35,799 nucleotides of DNA, taken from a virus. Positions 16,128 through 23,756 of this stretch are shown here, in pieces (the stretch's first letter is position 1; each line of letters starts with the position of its first letter). The position numbers and the translations under genes were made by a program. The stretch is taken from IMG/VR virus record IMGVR_UViG_3300045988_086486, one strand, 5' to 3'. The notes beneath the pieces were generated by a model that saw only the letters and a list, made by a program, of their open reading frames with translations, searched no databases and was not told the DNA's origin.

Positions 16128-17861
16128 ATGTCGAAAAAGTTAAGCACGCTTGGCGTGGGAACAACCTTTGAAGTGCCCGTAAAGTCGGCTTATCGGTCGT
16201 TCTTGGGTGATTATGTCGTTTTCAAAATGGCAGACAAAAACCATTCGGGCTATCCGTCCGGAGCTATTACCCTGATTACCGACAAGATCATAGCGTTGCT
16301 TTGTTCCGACGCAAAAGAGCCAAACAACAGCGACAGCAACCGGAGAAGCTACGGCAACAACAGGCACATTCATTCCAATATCCTTCAATGGCTGAACAGT
16401 AACGCCGCGGCGGGAAAATGGTACAGCGCGAAGCACGGGCAGGACGCGCCGCCGTCAAGCGCGAATGTATGGGACAATGTAAACCCCTATGACACATGGG
16501 CGGGGTTCCTTGCTATGCTTGACGACGATTTTGTAGCGGCACTTATGACAACCACGCTTACCGTTGCAAAAAATACCGTTACGGACGGCGGGAGCTATGA
16601 AACCTTCACCGCAAAAATGTTCCTTGCAAGCACAACGGAAGTTGGGCTTGCAAACGAAAACGGGATTGCAGAGGGTTCAAAGCTGGCCTTGTTCAGCGAC
16701 AACACAAGCCGCCTTGCCTATTGTACGCAAGCGGCCATTGACAAAAGTAATTACGGGAGCGATCCGACGACTTCGCAGGCGTGGTATTGGTGGCTTCGCA
16801 CGCCGTATTCCGGCAACTCGTACTATGTGCGCTATGTCTACACTTCGGGGGCATTGGGCAGCTACAACGCGTACTACGGCTACTGGGGCGTGCGTCCGCT
16901 TTGTAATTTGAAATCTGATATTTTGGTATCTGATAACAAAAACAGCCGCGGAAACTATGAATTCCAGTGGAACACCGCACCGAGCGCGCCGGACGGAATT
17001 TCCGTGCCGGAAAGCTGTTACAGCACGCAAAACATAACCGTAACATGGGGAGCTTCCACCGATCCGGACGGCGACGCGATCACCTATGTTCTGGAACGGT
17101 CGGTGAATAACGGGAGCTACACGAAAGTAACGGAAACCGCCGCCCGCACCTTTACGGAAGTCGTTTCTACAAGTTGGAACACGATCAAATACCGCGTGAA
17201 GGCGCGGGACACCTACGGGAACGAAAGTGCGTATGTGACTTCTTCCGCGGTTCCCGTAATTCACAATCAACCGCCCGTCATTTCCGGACAAAACGCCGAT
17301 CTTGGAACGAAAAGCGGCGACTTCTCTTACAAGTACACCGTGACCGATCCGGACGGTGACACGGTGACAGTGGTTGAAAAGGTGGACGAAACCATCTTGC
17401 GGAGCTACACGCCCACGCTTGGAGAAGAAAACACGATGAATGTTACGGGGCACGACTTCACCGCCCTTTCCAACGGCGCGCACGCAATCACCATTACCGC
17501 AACGGACACCGTGGGAAATAAAGCGGTGCGCACGCTGACCTTCACAAAACAGATCAGCGGATTTGTTATCACGCTGGCCGCACCGCTGGAAGCGCAGGCA
17601 CAGCCCACGCGCGCAAATGTGAAAGTAACGCGGGAAATTCCAGCGGGCGCAACTTTCAAAGTTGAGGCAACAAACAATCCGTTTGATCCTTCCCCCGCGT
17701 GGGAGGATTGCACAAATGCCGTAATTCAGGGCGTGGCGCATGTCTTCGAGAACACAATAAACACCGCCGTTAAATTCGGCATGAATATTCGGGTAACGGT
17801 GGAGCGCGGCGACGCTATTTCCGCGTGTTGGGTATCTTCGATCGGGGGTAATTTTGAATGA
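16128..17861 (+). CDS. DGR target protein 1: N-terminal variable ligand-binding domain (DUF6273-like), then FN3-like and Ig-like modules
   Basis: ATG at 16128 lies after AAGGAGG. It contains VR1. The segment SAPDGISVP..ITVTWGASTDPDGDAITYVLERS..YRVKARDTYGNES looks like FN3. A second beta-rich module (VTDPDGDTVTV) follows. Confidence 0.85.
   Translation: MSKKLSTLGVGTTFEVPVKSAYRSFLGDYVVFKMADKNHSGYPSGAITLITDKIIALLCSDAKEPNNSDSNRRSYGNNRHIHSNILQWLNSNAAAGKWYSAKHGQDAPPSSANVWDNVNPYDTWAGFLAMLDDDFVAALMTTTLTVAKNTVTDGGSYETFTAKMFLASTTEVGLANENGIAEGSKLALFSDNTSRLAYCTQAAIDKSNYGSDPTTSQAWYWWLRTPYSGNSYYVRYVYTSGALGSYNAYYGYWGVRPLCNLKSDILVSDNKNSRGNYEFQWNTAPSAPDGISVPESCYSTQNITVTWGASTDPDGDAITYVLERSVNNGSYTKVTETAARTFTEVVSTSWNTIKYRVKARDTYGNESAYVTSSAVPVIHNQPPVISGQNADLGTKSGDFSYKYTVTDPDGDTVTVVEKVDETILRSYTPTLGEENTMNVTGHDFTALSNGAHAITITATDTVGNKAVRTLTFTKQISGFVITLAAPLEAQAQPTRANVKVTREIPAGATFKVEATNNPFDPSPAWEDCTNAVIQGVAHVFENTINTAVKFGMNIRVTVERGDAISACWVSSIGGNFE
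16801..16901 (+). repeat. DGR variable repeat 1 (VR1)
   Basis: 101 bp aligned to the TR. By hand alignment there are 11 mismatches, all at TR adenines, and no mismatch at a non-A position. Confidence 0.9.
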
Positions 17862-18388
17862 GCGTAACATACAGGCCGGACAAGCCAAACGAAACAGAGG
17901 AATTGAAGAAGGAAGTTGAAACTGTGAAGGCGGCGGGCGAAAGCACCGCCGCCCTTCTTTCCCTTTCTTTCAAAGCGCAGATTGTCGCAGACCGCGCCGC
18001 GGGAACGAACGCGATTACCGATGAAATGATCCTTGCGTCAACGGATATTGTGGATTATCCGGAGTATCAGGACAACCACGAATACAAGACAAAAGGCGAA
18101 ATTATCAGGTACGACGGCCTTTATTATGAAATCGTCGCGCCGCACACTTCCAACGCCGCCGCGTATCCCGTGCAAACCACCTTTGCATATTACCGCCTTG
18201 TCGAGCTGGAACACGCGGGGACGCTTGACGATCCGATACCATATCCGGAAACCGCGGGGATCGTCGTAAATGTGGTTGAGGGGCTTTATTACAGCTACAA
18301 AGGCGCGGTATATCTGGCGAAGGCCGATATGCCGAATTGCGTTTACCCGCCCGACACGGCGGGTTTGTGGCAATGGGAAAAGGTGTAA
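17858..18388 (+). CDS. Hypothetical tail-module protein with two carbohydrate-binding-like (CBM5/12-like) repeats
   Basis: 176 aa. The start overlaps the target-1 stop (ATGA). The repeats are GEIIRYDGLYYEIVAPHTS..P and GLYYSYKGAVYLAKADMPN...W.W. Confidence 0.45.
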   Translation: MSVTYRPDKPNETEELKKEVETVKAAGESTAALLSLSFKAQIVADRAAGTNAITDEMILASTDIVDYPEYQDNHEYKTKGEIIRYDGLYYEIVAPHTSNAAAYPVQTTFAYYRLVELEHAGTLDDPIPYPETAGIVVNVVEGLYYSYKGAVYLAKADMPNCVYPPDTAGLWQWEKV

Positions 18389-18401
18389 AGGTGGTGAAAG
18401 C

Positions 18402-18695
18402 ATGGAACAGATTTTAACGGTACTTTCGGCGGTTAGTACGGTTTGCGCAATTGCCTTCGGCTATGCCGCCTTCGCCCGCAATAAGAAGAGCGACACAGCG
18501 AACGAAGCAAAGAGCGACGCAACGGTATTAACAGAGATCGGATATATCAAAGGCGGCATTGATGATATTAAGGCTGAACAGCGGGAACAACGGAAGACAA
18601 ACACGGAGTTTGTGGAACGGCTTGTTGCCGTTGAAGCGTCCGCAAAGCAGGCGCACAAGCGAATTGACACGCTGGAACGCGCACACGAAGAATAA
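18402..18695 (+). CDS. Membrane-anchored coiled-coil protein (possible holin-associated, XhlA-like)
   Basis: ATG at 18402. It has one N-terminal TM helix (ILTVLSAVSTVCAIAFGYAAF), then a charged helical region, and it lies just before the endolysin gene. Confidence 0.4.
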   Translation: MEQILTVLSAVSTVCAIAFGYAAFARNKKSDTANEAKSDATVLTEIGYIKGGIDDIKAEQREQRKTNTEFVERLVAVEASAKQAHKRIDTLERAHEE

Positions 18696-18715
18696 TAGCG
18701 AAGGAGCGAAAAACA

Positions 18716-19723
18716 ATGGCAGTTATGAAAGCAAGTGAATTTGTTGCGAAACTGAAAGATGTTGCGCAGAATTACAAAACCCTTTATGTCATGGGGTGCT
18801 TTGGCGCGCCCCTGACGGGCGGCAATGTATCGCGGTATTGCAATAACCACGCATACAACAAGCAGGCCGCCCGAACGAAGATGATTAAGGCCGCCGCAAA
18901 CCAGAACCCGCCTGTTTTCGGGTTCGATTGCGTATGCCTGATTAAAGGCATTTTGTGGGGCTGGCGCGGCGACGCGTCCAAAACCTACGGCGGCGCGTCC
19001 TATGCCGTGAACGGCGTTCCGGATATTGGCGCGGATACCATGATTACAAAGTGCAAGGGCGTTTCAACCAACTTTTCCAATGTGGAGGTTGGCGAAGCCC
19101 TTTGGTGTAGCGGGCATATCGGTGTTTATATCGGCGGCGGGCTGGCCGTGGAGTGTTCCCCCGCCTTTGAAAACGATGTGCAGATCACGGCAGTTAAAAA
19201 CATGGGGACAAAGAGCGGGTATAACGCCCGCACATGGACGAAGCACGGCAAACTTCCCTATATCGAATACGACAACGCCGCCCCCGTTCAGCCGGACAAG
19301 CCGGACACCGGAGCGGGCGCAGGCGGCGCAATCAAGGCCGGAAGCGTCGTGCGTGTGAAGCAGGGCGCGAAGACCTACACGGGCGGCGGGCTGGCCTCTT
19401 TCGTGTATGAACGCGATCATGTCGTTTCGGAGCTGAACGGCGATCGCGCCGTTATCACCTACGGCGGCGTAACCGTGGCCGCCGTGCGCGTTTCCGATCT
19501 TGTTCTTGCAGATGGAAGCGGCACGGGCGGCACAATCAAGGCCGGAAGCGTCGTGCGCGTAAAGCAGGGCGCGAAGACCTACACAGGCGGCGGGCTGGCC
19601 TCTTTCGTGTATAGCCGCGATCATGTCGTTTCGGAGCTGAACGGCGATCGTGCCGTTATCACCTACGGCGGCGTGACCGTGGCCGCCGTGCGCGTTTCCG
19701 ATCTCACGCTTGTAAAGGAGTAA
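18716..19723 (+). CDS. Endolysin: NlpC/P60- or CHAP-like cysteine peptidase with two C-terminal cell-wall-binding repeats
   Basis: Cys (FDCVCLIKG) and His (GHIGVYIGG) motifs, a tandem pair of about 60-aa repeats, and location next to the holin gene. Confidence 0.8.
   Translation: MAVMKASEFVAKLKDVAQNYKTLYVMGCFGAPLTGGNVSRYCNNHAYNKQAARTKMIKAAANQNPPVFGFDCVCLIKGILWGWRGDASKTYGGASYAVNGVPDIGADTMITKCKGVSTNFSNVEVGEALWCSGHIGVYIGGGLAVECSPAFENDVQITAVKNMGTKSGYNARTWTKHGKLPYIEYDNAAPVQPDKPDTGAGAGGAIKAGSVVRVKQGAKTYTGGGLASFVYERDHVVSELNGDRAVITYGGVTVAAVRVSDLVLADGSGTGGTIKAGSVVRVKQGAKTYTGGGLASFVYSRDHVVSELNGDRAVITYGGVTVAAVRVSDLTLVKE
19322..19705 (+). repeat. Tandem near-identical 180-bp repeats (19322-19501 and 19526-19705, period 204 bp) encoding the endolysin binding modules
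   Basis: By eye, only a handful of nucleotide differences separate the two copies. Confidence 0.85.
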
Positions 19724-19765
19724 CAAATATAAACACCGACAAAAAAGAAAGCGAGGCTTTGAAAA

Positions 19766-20212
19766 ATGGATAACATGGTAATTGTTCTTGTGGTTGTGGC
19801 CGTCGTCGCGGTCGTTTTCGTGGGGCTGATCGTGCTGATCCCCTATCTGGTAAAGAAGGGGATCAATGTTTCCGGCGTATTGACCGGAACGACAACCGTT
19901 CTTGACACCGCGGATCATGTGGTCGATACCCTGCAAGAGTTCTTCCCCGAAGTTCCCGTAATCACTGTTATTGACAAGGTGATCGGGTGGGCGCAGAAGG
20001 CGACAGAAGCCGCCGAACAGCTCTATAAAACAAGCAAAATTGAAGAGGGACAGCGCAAGGAAGAGGCAACAAAACTTGTCTATCAGTTTATCGAAGCGGC
20101 GGGAATTGAAATCGACGACGATTTGAAGAAGATTGTTGACGGTGCGATCGAAGCCGCCGTTTTTGCGCTTCCGAAGACGCATACCGATACAGCGCAAGCC
20201 CTGAATACCTAA
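19766..20212 (+). CDS. Holin, LL-H-like family
   Basis: An N-terminal TM helix followed by a helical region (AAEQLYK...GQRKEEATKLV..IEAAGIEIDDD..IEAAV) typical of LL-H-type holins. Confidence 0.7.
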   Translation: MDNMVIVLVVVAVVAVVFVGLIVLIPYLVKKGINVSGVLTGTTTVLDTADHVVDTLQEFFPEVPVITVIDKVIGWAQKATEAAEQLYKTSKIEEGQRKEEATKLVYQFIEAAGIEIDDDLKKIVDGAIEAAVFALPKTHTDTAQALNT

Positions 20213-20298
20213 TTGCCATTGCGCCGCGCGCGGGTTTACTCCTTTACCGCCCGCGGCTTGATGGAGGCGGCGGCCACAAGCCGCCCGCCTGATACACG

Positions 20299-20340
20299 AA
20301 GCCCCCGCTTCCGCTGAACTGCGGCGGCGGGGGCTTATTT
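20299..20340 (+). terminator. Hairpin after the holin gene
   Basis: AAGCCCCCGCTTCCGC pairs with GCGGCGGCGGGGGCTT (16-bp stem with 2 mismatches, 6-nt loop), followed by ATTT. Confidence 0.5.
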
Positions 20341-20360
20341 CATTACGGGAGGTTTTACGC

Positions 20361-20876
20361 ATGAGTGAACAGAGAAAAACCACAGGCACGCGCAAGCGCG
20401 CGCCGAAGAAGGATACAGAGAACAAAACCACGCGCACGCGGAAAAAGGTTGCCGAAGAGCAGGCCGCGCCCGTCCAGCAGAACGAGGAAGCCGCGCCCGT
20501 CCAGCAGAACGAGGAAGCCGCGCCGGATAGCGTGAAGGCCGAAGAGGAACAAACCGCCCGTGCGCCGGAACAGATGGCGGGAAAATCGGAGCATGACGGC
20601 GAAAAGCCGGAACAGACACCGCCCGCGGCGGGTTCCTTTGAGGTTGCCCGCGTGCTGAAAGTGACAAAACCCCTTATGCGCGGCGACGATGTGAAGGCGT
20701 TGCAAACGGCCTTGATCGAACGGAATTACCATTGCGGCACCAACGGAGCCGATGGGACATACGGAAGGTTGACAGCTTACGCCGTGCGGTGCTTTCAAGC
20801 GTCAAAAGGCTTGATTGTCAACGGGCGCGCGGACAGGTACACGATCGCCGCGCTTGGCGGTACATGGAAAGAGTAA
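20361..20876 (+). CDS. Peptidoglycan-binding-domain (PG_binding_1-like) protein with a basic, low-complexity N-terminus
   Basis: The C-terminus LMRGDDVKALQTALIERNY..GADGTYGRLTAYAVRCFQASKGLIVNGRAD matches the PG-binding repeat pattern. I saw no catalytic domain. Confidence 0.65.
   Translation: MSEQRKTTGTRKRAPKKDTENKTTRTRKKVAEEQAAPVQQNEEAAPVQQNEEAAPDSVKAEEEQTARAPEQMAGKSEHDGEKPEQTPPAAGSFEVARVLKVTKPLMRGDDVKALQTALIERNYHCGTNGADGTYGRLTAYAVRCFQASKGLIVNGRADRYTIAALGGTWKE
20463..20525 (+). repeat. 27-bp tandem repeat, about 2.3 copies (encodes AAPVQQNEE)
   Basis: GCCGCGCCCGTCCAGCAGAACGAGGAA is repeated head to tail. Confidence 0.8.
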
Positions 20877-20888
20877 CAGAATATAGAG

Positions 20889-20932
20889 AAGCCCCCACGC
20901 TGGCCGCTTAATGGCTGGCGTGGGGGCTTTTT
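20889..20932. terminator. Bidirectional terminator between convergent genes
   Basis: A stem of about 15-17 bp (AAGCCCCCACGCTGGCC / GGCTGGCGTGGGGGCTT, with 2 G-U pairs), followed by TTTTT on the + strand. Confidence 0.65.
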
Positions 20933-20947
20933 GTCGTTTTACGGGGT

Positions 20948-21598
20948 TTACTCATTCCGGAAACGCAATGTTATTTCCGCGCCATAGTTCCGGCCTTCGC
21001 CGCCGCCGTAAACCTCTATGTTTACGATCCCGTCGAGGCGTGAAAAATTGTCGTTCACATACGAAACATATTCGGCGGGAATATTCCCGATTTGATCGCC
21101 GTTGACATATACACCGAAAGCGGGCTTGCCTTCCCATTCTTCCCGTTGCAAAGTCAATTCCATTGTGCCCTTGTCGAAAGGTTCGTCTTTGAAGTGGATT
21201 TTGCGCAAAATGGTTTGACGGCTTTTGCGCCCGTTCTTGAAGGTAACGCCCGCAACCTTCACGGAAAGAAATTCAAAAGCGGGCTTTGCTTCGGAAGCCG
21301 GAGCGGGTGCGGCGGCTTCTGCTTTCGCAGGCCGCGGATCGGCGGCGGGTGTAACATGTGCGGTTGTATCTGCTTTAGGAGCAGGCGCGGCGGCCTCTTT
21401 CGGTTCCGTCGTGGCCGCGGGTGGTTCTTTCTTTGGTTCAGGCCGCGCGGCCTTTTTTCGCAAGCCAATAAAAAACAGCGCGGCGGCAATCACAATCCCA
21501 CAAACGCCCGCCCCTATATCGCCTTCGACAAATAGCGGGATTGAAGAAATAAGGAACAGCGCACCAACGCCCCACAGGATCAACACAGTTTTTTTCAT
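20948..21598 (-). CDS. Membrane-anchored HIRAN-like domain protein (lysogeny-module moron)
   Basis: This is the only convincing minus-strand gene. An AAAGGAG RBS precedes it. It has two N-terminal TM helices, a Pro/Ala/Lys-rich linker, and a C-terminal segment FLSVKVAGVTFKNGRKSRQTIL...LQREEWEGKPAFGVYVNGDQIGNIPAEY resembling HIRAN. Confidence 0.6.
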   Translation of the reverse strand: MKKTVLILWGVGALFLISSIPLFVEGDIGAGVCGIVIAAALFFIGLRKKAARPEPKKEPPAATTEPKEAAAPAPKADTTAHVTPAADPRPAKAEAAAPAPASEAKPAFEFLSVKVAGVTFKNGRKSRQTILRKIHFKDEPFDKGTMELTLQREEWEGKPAFGVYVNGDQIGNIPAEYVSYVNDNFSRLDGIVNIEVYGGGEGRNYGAEITLRFRNE

Positions 21599-21666
21599 AG
21601 TTTGAATAACTCCTTTCGTGTGCTTAAATTATGGCAACGAGGGAAGAATACTTTTCGTATTCTGAC

Positions 21667-21701
21667 CTTTAACACAATTATGCAGGCTTTTTGTGTTAAA
21701 G
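21667..21701. promoter_or_regulatory. Perfect 11-bp inverted repeat (CTTTAACACAA N13 TTGTGTTAAAG), candidate operator
   Basis: The arms at 21667-21677 and 21691-21701 overlap the -10 and -35 of the minus-strand promoter. Confidence 0.5.
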
Positions 21702-21705
21702 TCAA
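21677..21705 (-). promoter_or_regulatory. Minus-strand promoter TTGACT-17-CATAAT for the HIRAN-like gene
   Basis: The reverse complement of 21700-21705 is TTGACT and of 21677-21682 is CATAAT, with a 17-nt spacer. Confidence 0.5.
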
Positions 21706-21753
21706 GAAAAGTGCTGATGTTTAGCACAACGAGAGGGGCGCGGGTGATCGTGG

Positions 21754-22002
21754 GTGAAGATATACGACTATAAAGGCCGGAAGAATATATGCGGCGACAG
21801 AGTGCGGGAAGCACGGCAAAAGAAGCGGTTTACACAAGAGGCGTTAGCCGCGAAACTGCAAATTGAAGGCGTGACGATGGAGCGGGACAGCCTTTCAAGA
21901 ATTGAGATCGGAACACGGTTTGTTACCGATTATGAATTGAAAGTGCTTGCTAAAGTGTTGGGCGTGTCCCCTCTTTGGTTGCTTGACGATGAAAACGAAT
22001 GA
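21754..22002 (+). CDS. XRE-family helix-turn-helix regulator (CI/Cro-like)
   Basis: 82 aa with a GTG start. It carries the classic HTH_3 pattern (RVREARQKKRFTQEALAAKLQIEGVTMERDSLSRIEIG.R). Confidence 0.8.
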   Translation: MKIYDYKGRKNICGDRVREARQKKRFTQEALAAKLQIEGVTMERDSLSRIEIGTRFVTDYELKVLAKVLGVSPLWLLDDENE

Positions 22003-22030
22003 AGCGGCGGGAATTTCCCGCCGCTTTTGC
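22002..22030 (+). terminator. Intrinsic terminator after the first XRE gene
   Basis: AAGCGGCGGGA / TCCCGCCGCTT forms an 11-bp stem with a 3-nt loop, followed by TTGCTATTTTT. Confidence 0.6.
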
Positions 22031-22060
22031 TATTTTTCGCAATTATTTTTTGAAAAGCTA

Positions 22061-22089
22061 TTGACTTTATACGGCAAATGCCGTATAAT
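22061..22089 (+). promoter_or_regulatory. Near-consensus promoter TTGACT-17-TATAAT with an embedded 22-bp palindromic operator
   Basis: -35 at 22061-22066 and -10 at 22084-22089. The palindrome TTATACGGCA-AA-TGCCGTATAA spans 22067-22088 with perfect 10-bp arms. Confidence 0.65.
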
Positions 22090-22161
22090 AAAATCACAGG
22101 CAAGGGGAAGCCGAGTAAAACGAAAGGAGAAGACAACACCACCGGAAAGGGGGTGCGAAGA

Positions 22162-22278
22162 TTGACCGAAGAGCAAATAAAAGAACTGCTTGAACTTCTT
22201 AAAAAGGCTTTGGAGAGTGAAACGGTGGAGCGTATCACAATCAGCATAAAGCCAAACAAGAAGAACAAACAGTCCTAA
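22162..22278 (+). CDS. Small hypothetical protein (about 38 aa)
   Basis: The tracked ORF's ATG at 22078 sits inside the promoter/operator, so a downstream start is more plausible (TTG 22162 or GTG 22153, after GAAAGGGGG). The predicted peptide is helical (EEQIKELLELLKKALE). Confidence 0.3.
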   Translation: MTEEQIKELLELLKKALESETVERITISIKPNKKNKQS

Positions 22279-22358
22279 CAGATACGGTGGCGGGTATCCC
22301 CGCCCGTTGCCTTTATTATAACCGATAAAACGCGAAAATGTCAAGGGAGGTTCGGCGC

Positions 22359-22628
22359 GTGGATATTAGCGTTAAAATAGCATATAGAAACGAGAAATTG
22401 CAGGCCGCGCGGCTGGCGGCTGGTATGTCACAATCACAGCTTGCGGCGGCGGCGGGAATTTCCGTGCGTATCCTGCAAGACTACGAAAGAGGCGCGCGGG
22501 ATATTAACGGGGCAAAGTTGGCGACACTATTAAAAATTTGCAACGCCCTTGAATGTAGCTTGCGGGATATTCTCACCGATCCGGCCACGCTGGAAGGGCT
22601 GGACGAATACGACAAAAGAAGGAGTTAA
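22359..22628 (+). CDS. Second XRE-family HTH regulator
   Basis: GTG at 22359 lies 8 nt after AGGGAGG (an alternative ATG is at 22338). HTH_3 pattern: LQAARLAAGMSQSQLAAAAGISVRILQDYERG.R. Confidence 0.75.
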   Translation: MDISVKIAYRNEKLQAARLAAGMSQSQLAAAAGISVRILQDYERGARDINGAKLATLLKICNALECSLRDILTDPATLEGLDEYDKRRS

Positions 22629-22638
22629 TTTCAGGCGC

Positions 22639-22666
22639 AGGGGGCGGGAAACCGCCCCTTGTTTTT
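22639..22666 (+). terminator. Intrinsic terminator (GAAA-loop hairpin plus T-run)
   Basis: GGGGCGG GAAA CCGCCCC, followed by TTGTTTTTG. Confidence 0.65.
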
Positions 22667-22686
22667 GTTTATAGGGGGCGTGGAGC

Positions 22687-23730
22687 ATGGGGCATTGTTT
22701 TAGCCATTTGACAAAGGCAGACCGTTACAAGATCGAAGCGTTATTGAATAACGGCCATTCGGCAAAGGAGATCGCCGCGGAAATTCATGTGCATATCAGC
22801 ACTATTTACCGCGAAGTAAAACGCGCCCGCATGGTTCACCGTAATTCGGATTGGACGGAGGAAGAAAGGTATAATCCGGACGAAGCACACAGGCGATACC
22901 GTGAAAACCTTTCGGCAAAAGGCGCGCCGCTGAAAATTGGCCGTGATTACGCCCTTGCGGAATATCTGGAAAGAAAAGTGCTTGAAGAAGGCCGATCCCC
23001 CGCCGCCGCACTTGCCGACATTGCTTTAGAGGGGCTGGAATTCAAAACCACAATTTGCACAAGCACCTTTTACGGCTACATAACAAAGGGTGTGTTTCTT
23101 ATGCTGACAAACAAGGATTTGCCGGAAAAGGCAAAACGAAAGCGGAAATATCGCAAAGTGAAGACGGCCAAACGCGCCCCACGCGGGAAGAGCATAGAAA
23201 AACGCCCCGCCGAAGTGGAGGGGCGCGAAGTCTTCGGACATTGGGAAATGGATACCGTTTACAGCGGGAAGCAGACTTCAAAGAAAGCCCTTCTTGTGCT
23301 GACGGAGCGGAAGACGCGACAAGAAATTATAGAGCGTATGCCGGATCGGACGGAGGAAAGCACCATAAAGGCACTTGACCGTATAGAACGGCGGTTCGGC
23401 GCGCTATTCCGCAAAGTGTTCAAAACGATCACCGTTGATAATGGCGGGGAATTCTCCAATGTGGAAAGGTTGGAACAATCCGTGATCCGAAAGGGAAAGC
23501 GGACACGCTTTTACTATTGTCACCCGTACAGCAGTTTTGAACGGGGATCAAACGAAAACCAAAATAGAATGATACGGCGGCGATACCCTAAAGGAACAGA
23601 CTTCGGGAAGGTATCAACCGCCGCAATAAAGAACCTTGAACAATGGATCAATAACTATCCGCGTGAAATATTGGGCTGGAAAACTTCTGCAATGTGCTTC
23701 CGAGAATGCCTTGACGCGCTATTAAAATAA
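22687..23730 (+). CDS. IS30-family DDE transposase
   Basis: 347 aa. It has an N-terminal HTH (AKEIAAEIHVHISTIYREVKR) and DDE-region motifs GHWEMDTV, ITVDNGGEF and ERGSNENQNRMIRR. Confidence 0.88.
   Translation: MGHCFSHLTKADRYKIEALLNNGHSAKEIAAEIHVHISTIYREVKRARMVHRNSDWTEEERYNPDEAHRRYRENLSAKGAPLKIGRDYALAEYLERKVLEEGRSPAAALADIALEGLEFKTTICTSTFYGYITKGVFLMLTNKDLPEKAKRKRKYRKVKTAKRAPRGKSIEKRPAEVEGREVFGHWEMDTVYSGKQTSKKALLVLTERKTRQEIIERMPDRTEESTIKALDRIERRFGALFRKVFKTITVDNGGEFSNVERLEQSVIRKGKRTRFYYCHPYSSFERGSNENQNRMIRRRYPKGTDFGKVSTAAIKNLEQWINNYPREILGWKTSAMCFRECLDALLK
22687..23730 (+). mobile_element. IS30-like element core (transposase ORF only; terminal inverted repeats not identified)
   Basis: I found no convincing IR pair in 22629-22686 versus 23731-23892 by eye, so the element boundaries are unresolved. 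Confidence 0.35.
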
Positions 23731-23756
23731 ATTTTCAATTTTTTTCGCATTTACTA

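Larger units (their letters stand above)
14309..17861 (+). other. Diversity-generating retroelement cassette (avd - TR - RT - target with VR1)
   Basis: See the component features below. The TR/VR alignment shows adenine-only mismatches. Confidence 0.9.

Noticed and set aside
16677-17888. A 403-aa minus-strand ORF lies opposite DGR target 1.
   Set aside because: It is an antisense shadow with Arg/Gly/Val-rich, non-protein-like composition, nested in a supported gene.
19064-20437. A 457-aa minus-strand ORF spans the endolysin, holin and terminator.
   Set aside because: It crosses two well-supported plus-strand genes and an intergenic terminator, and its composition is not protein-like.
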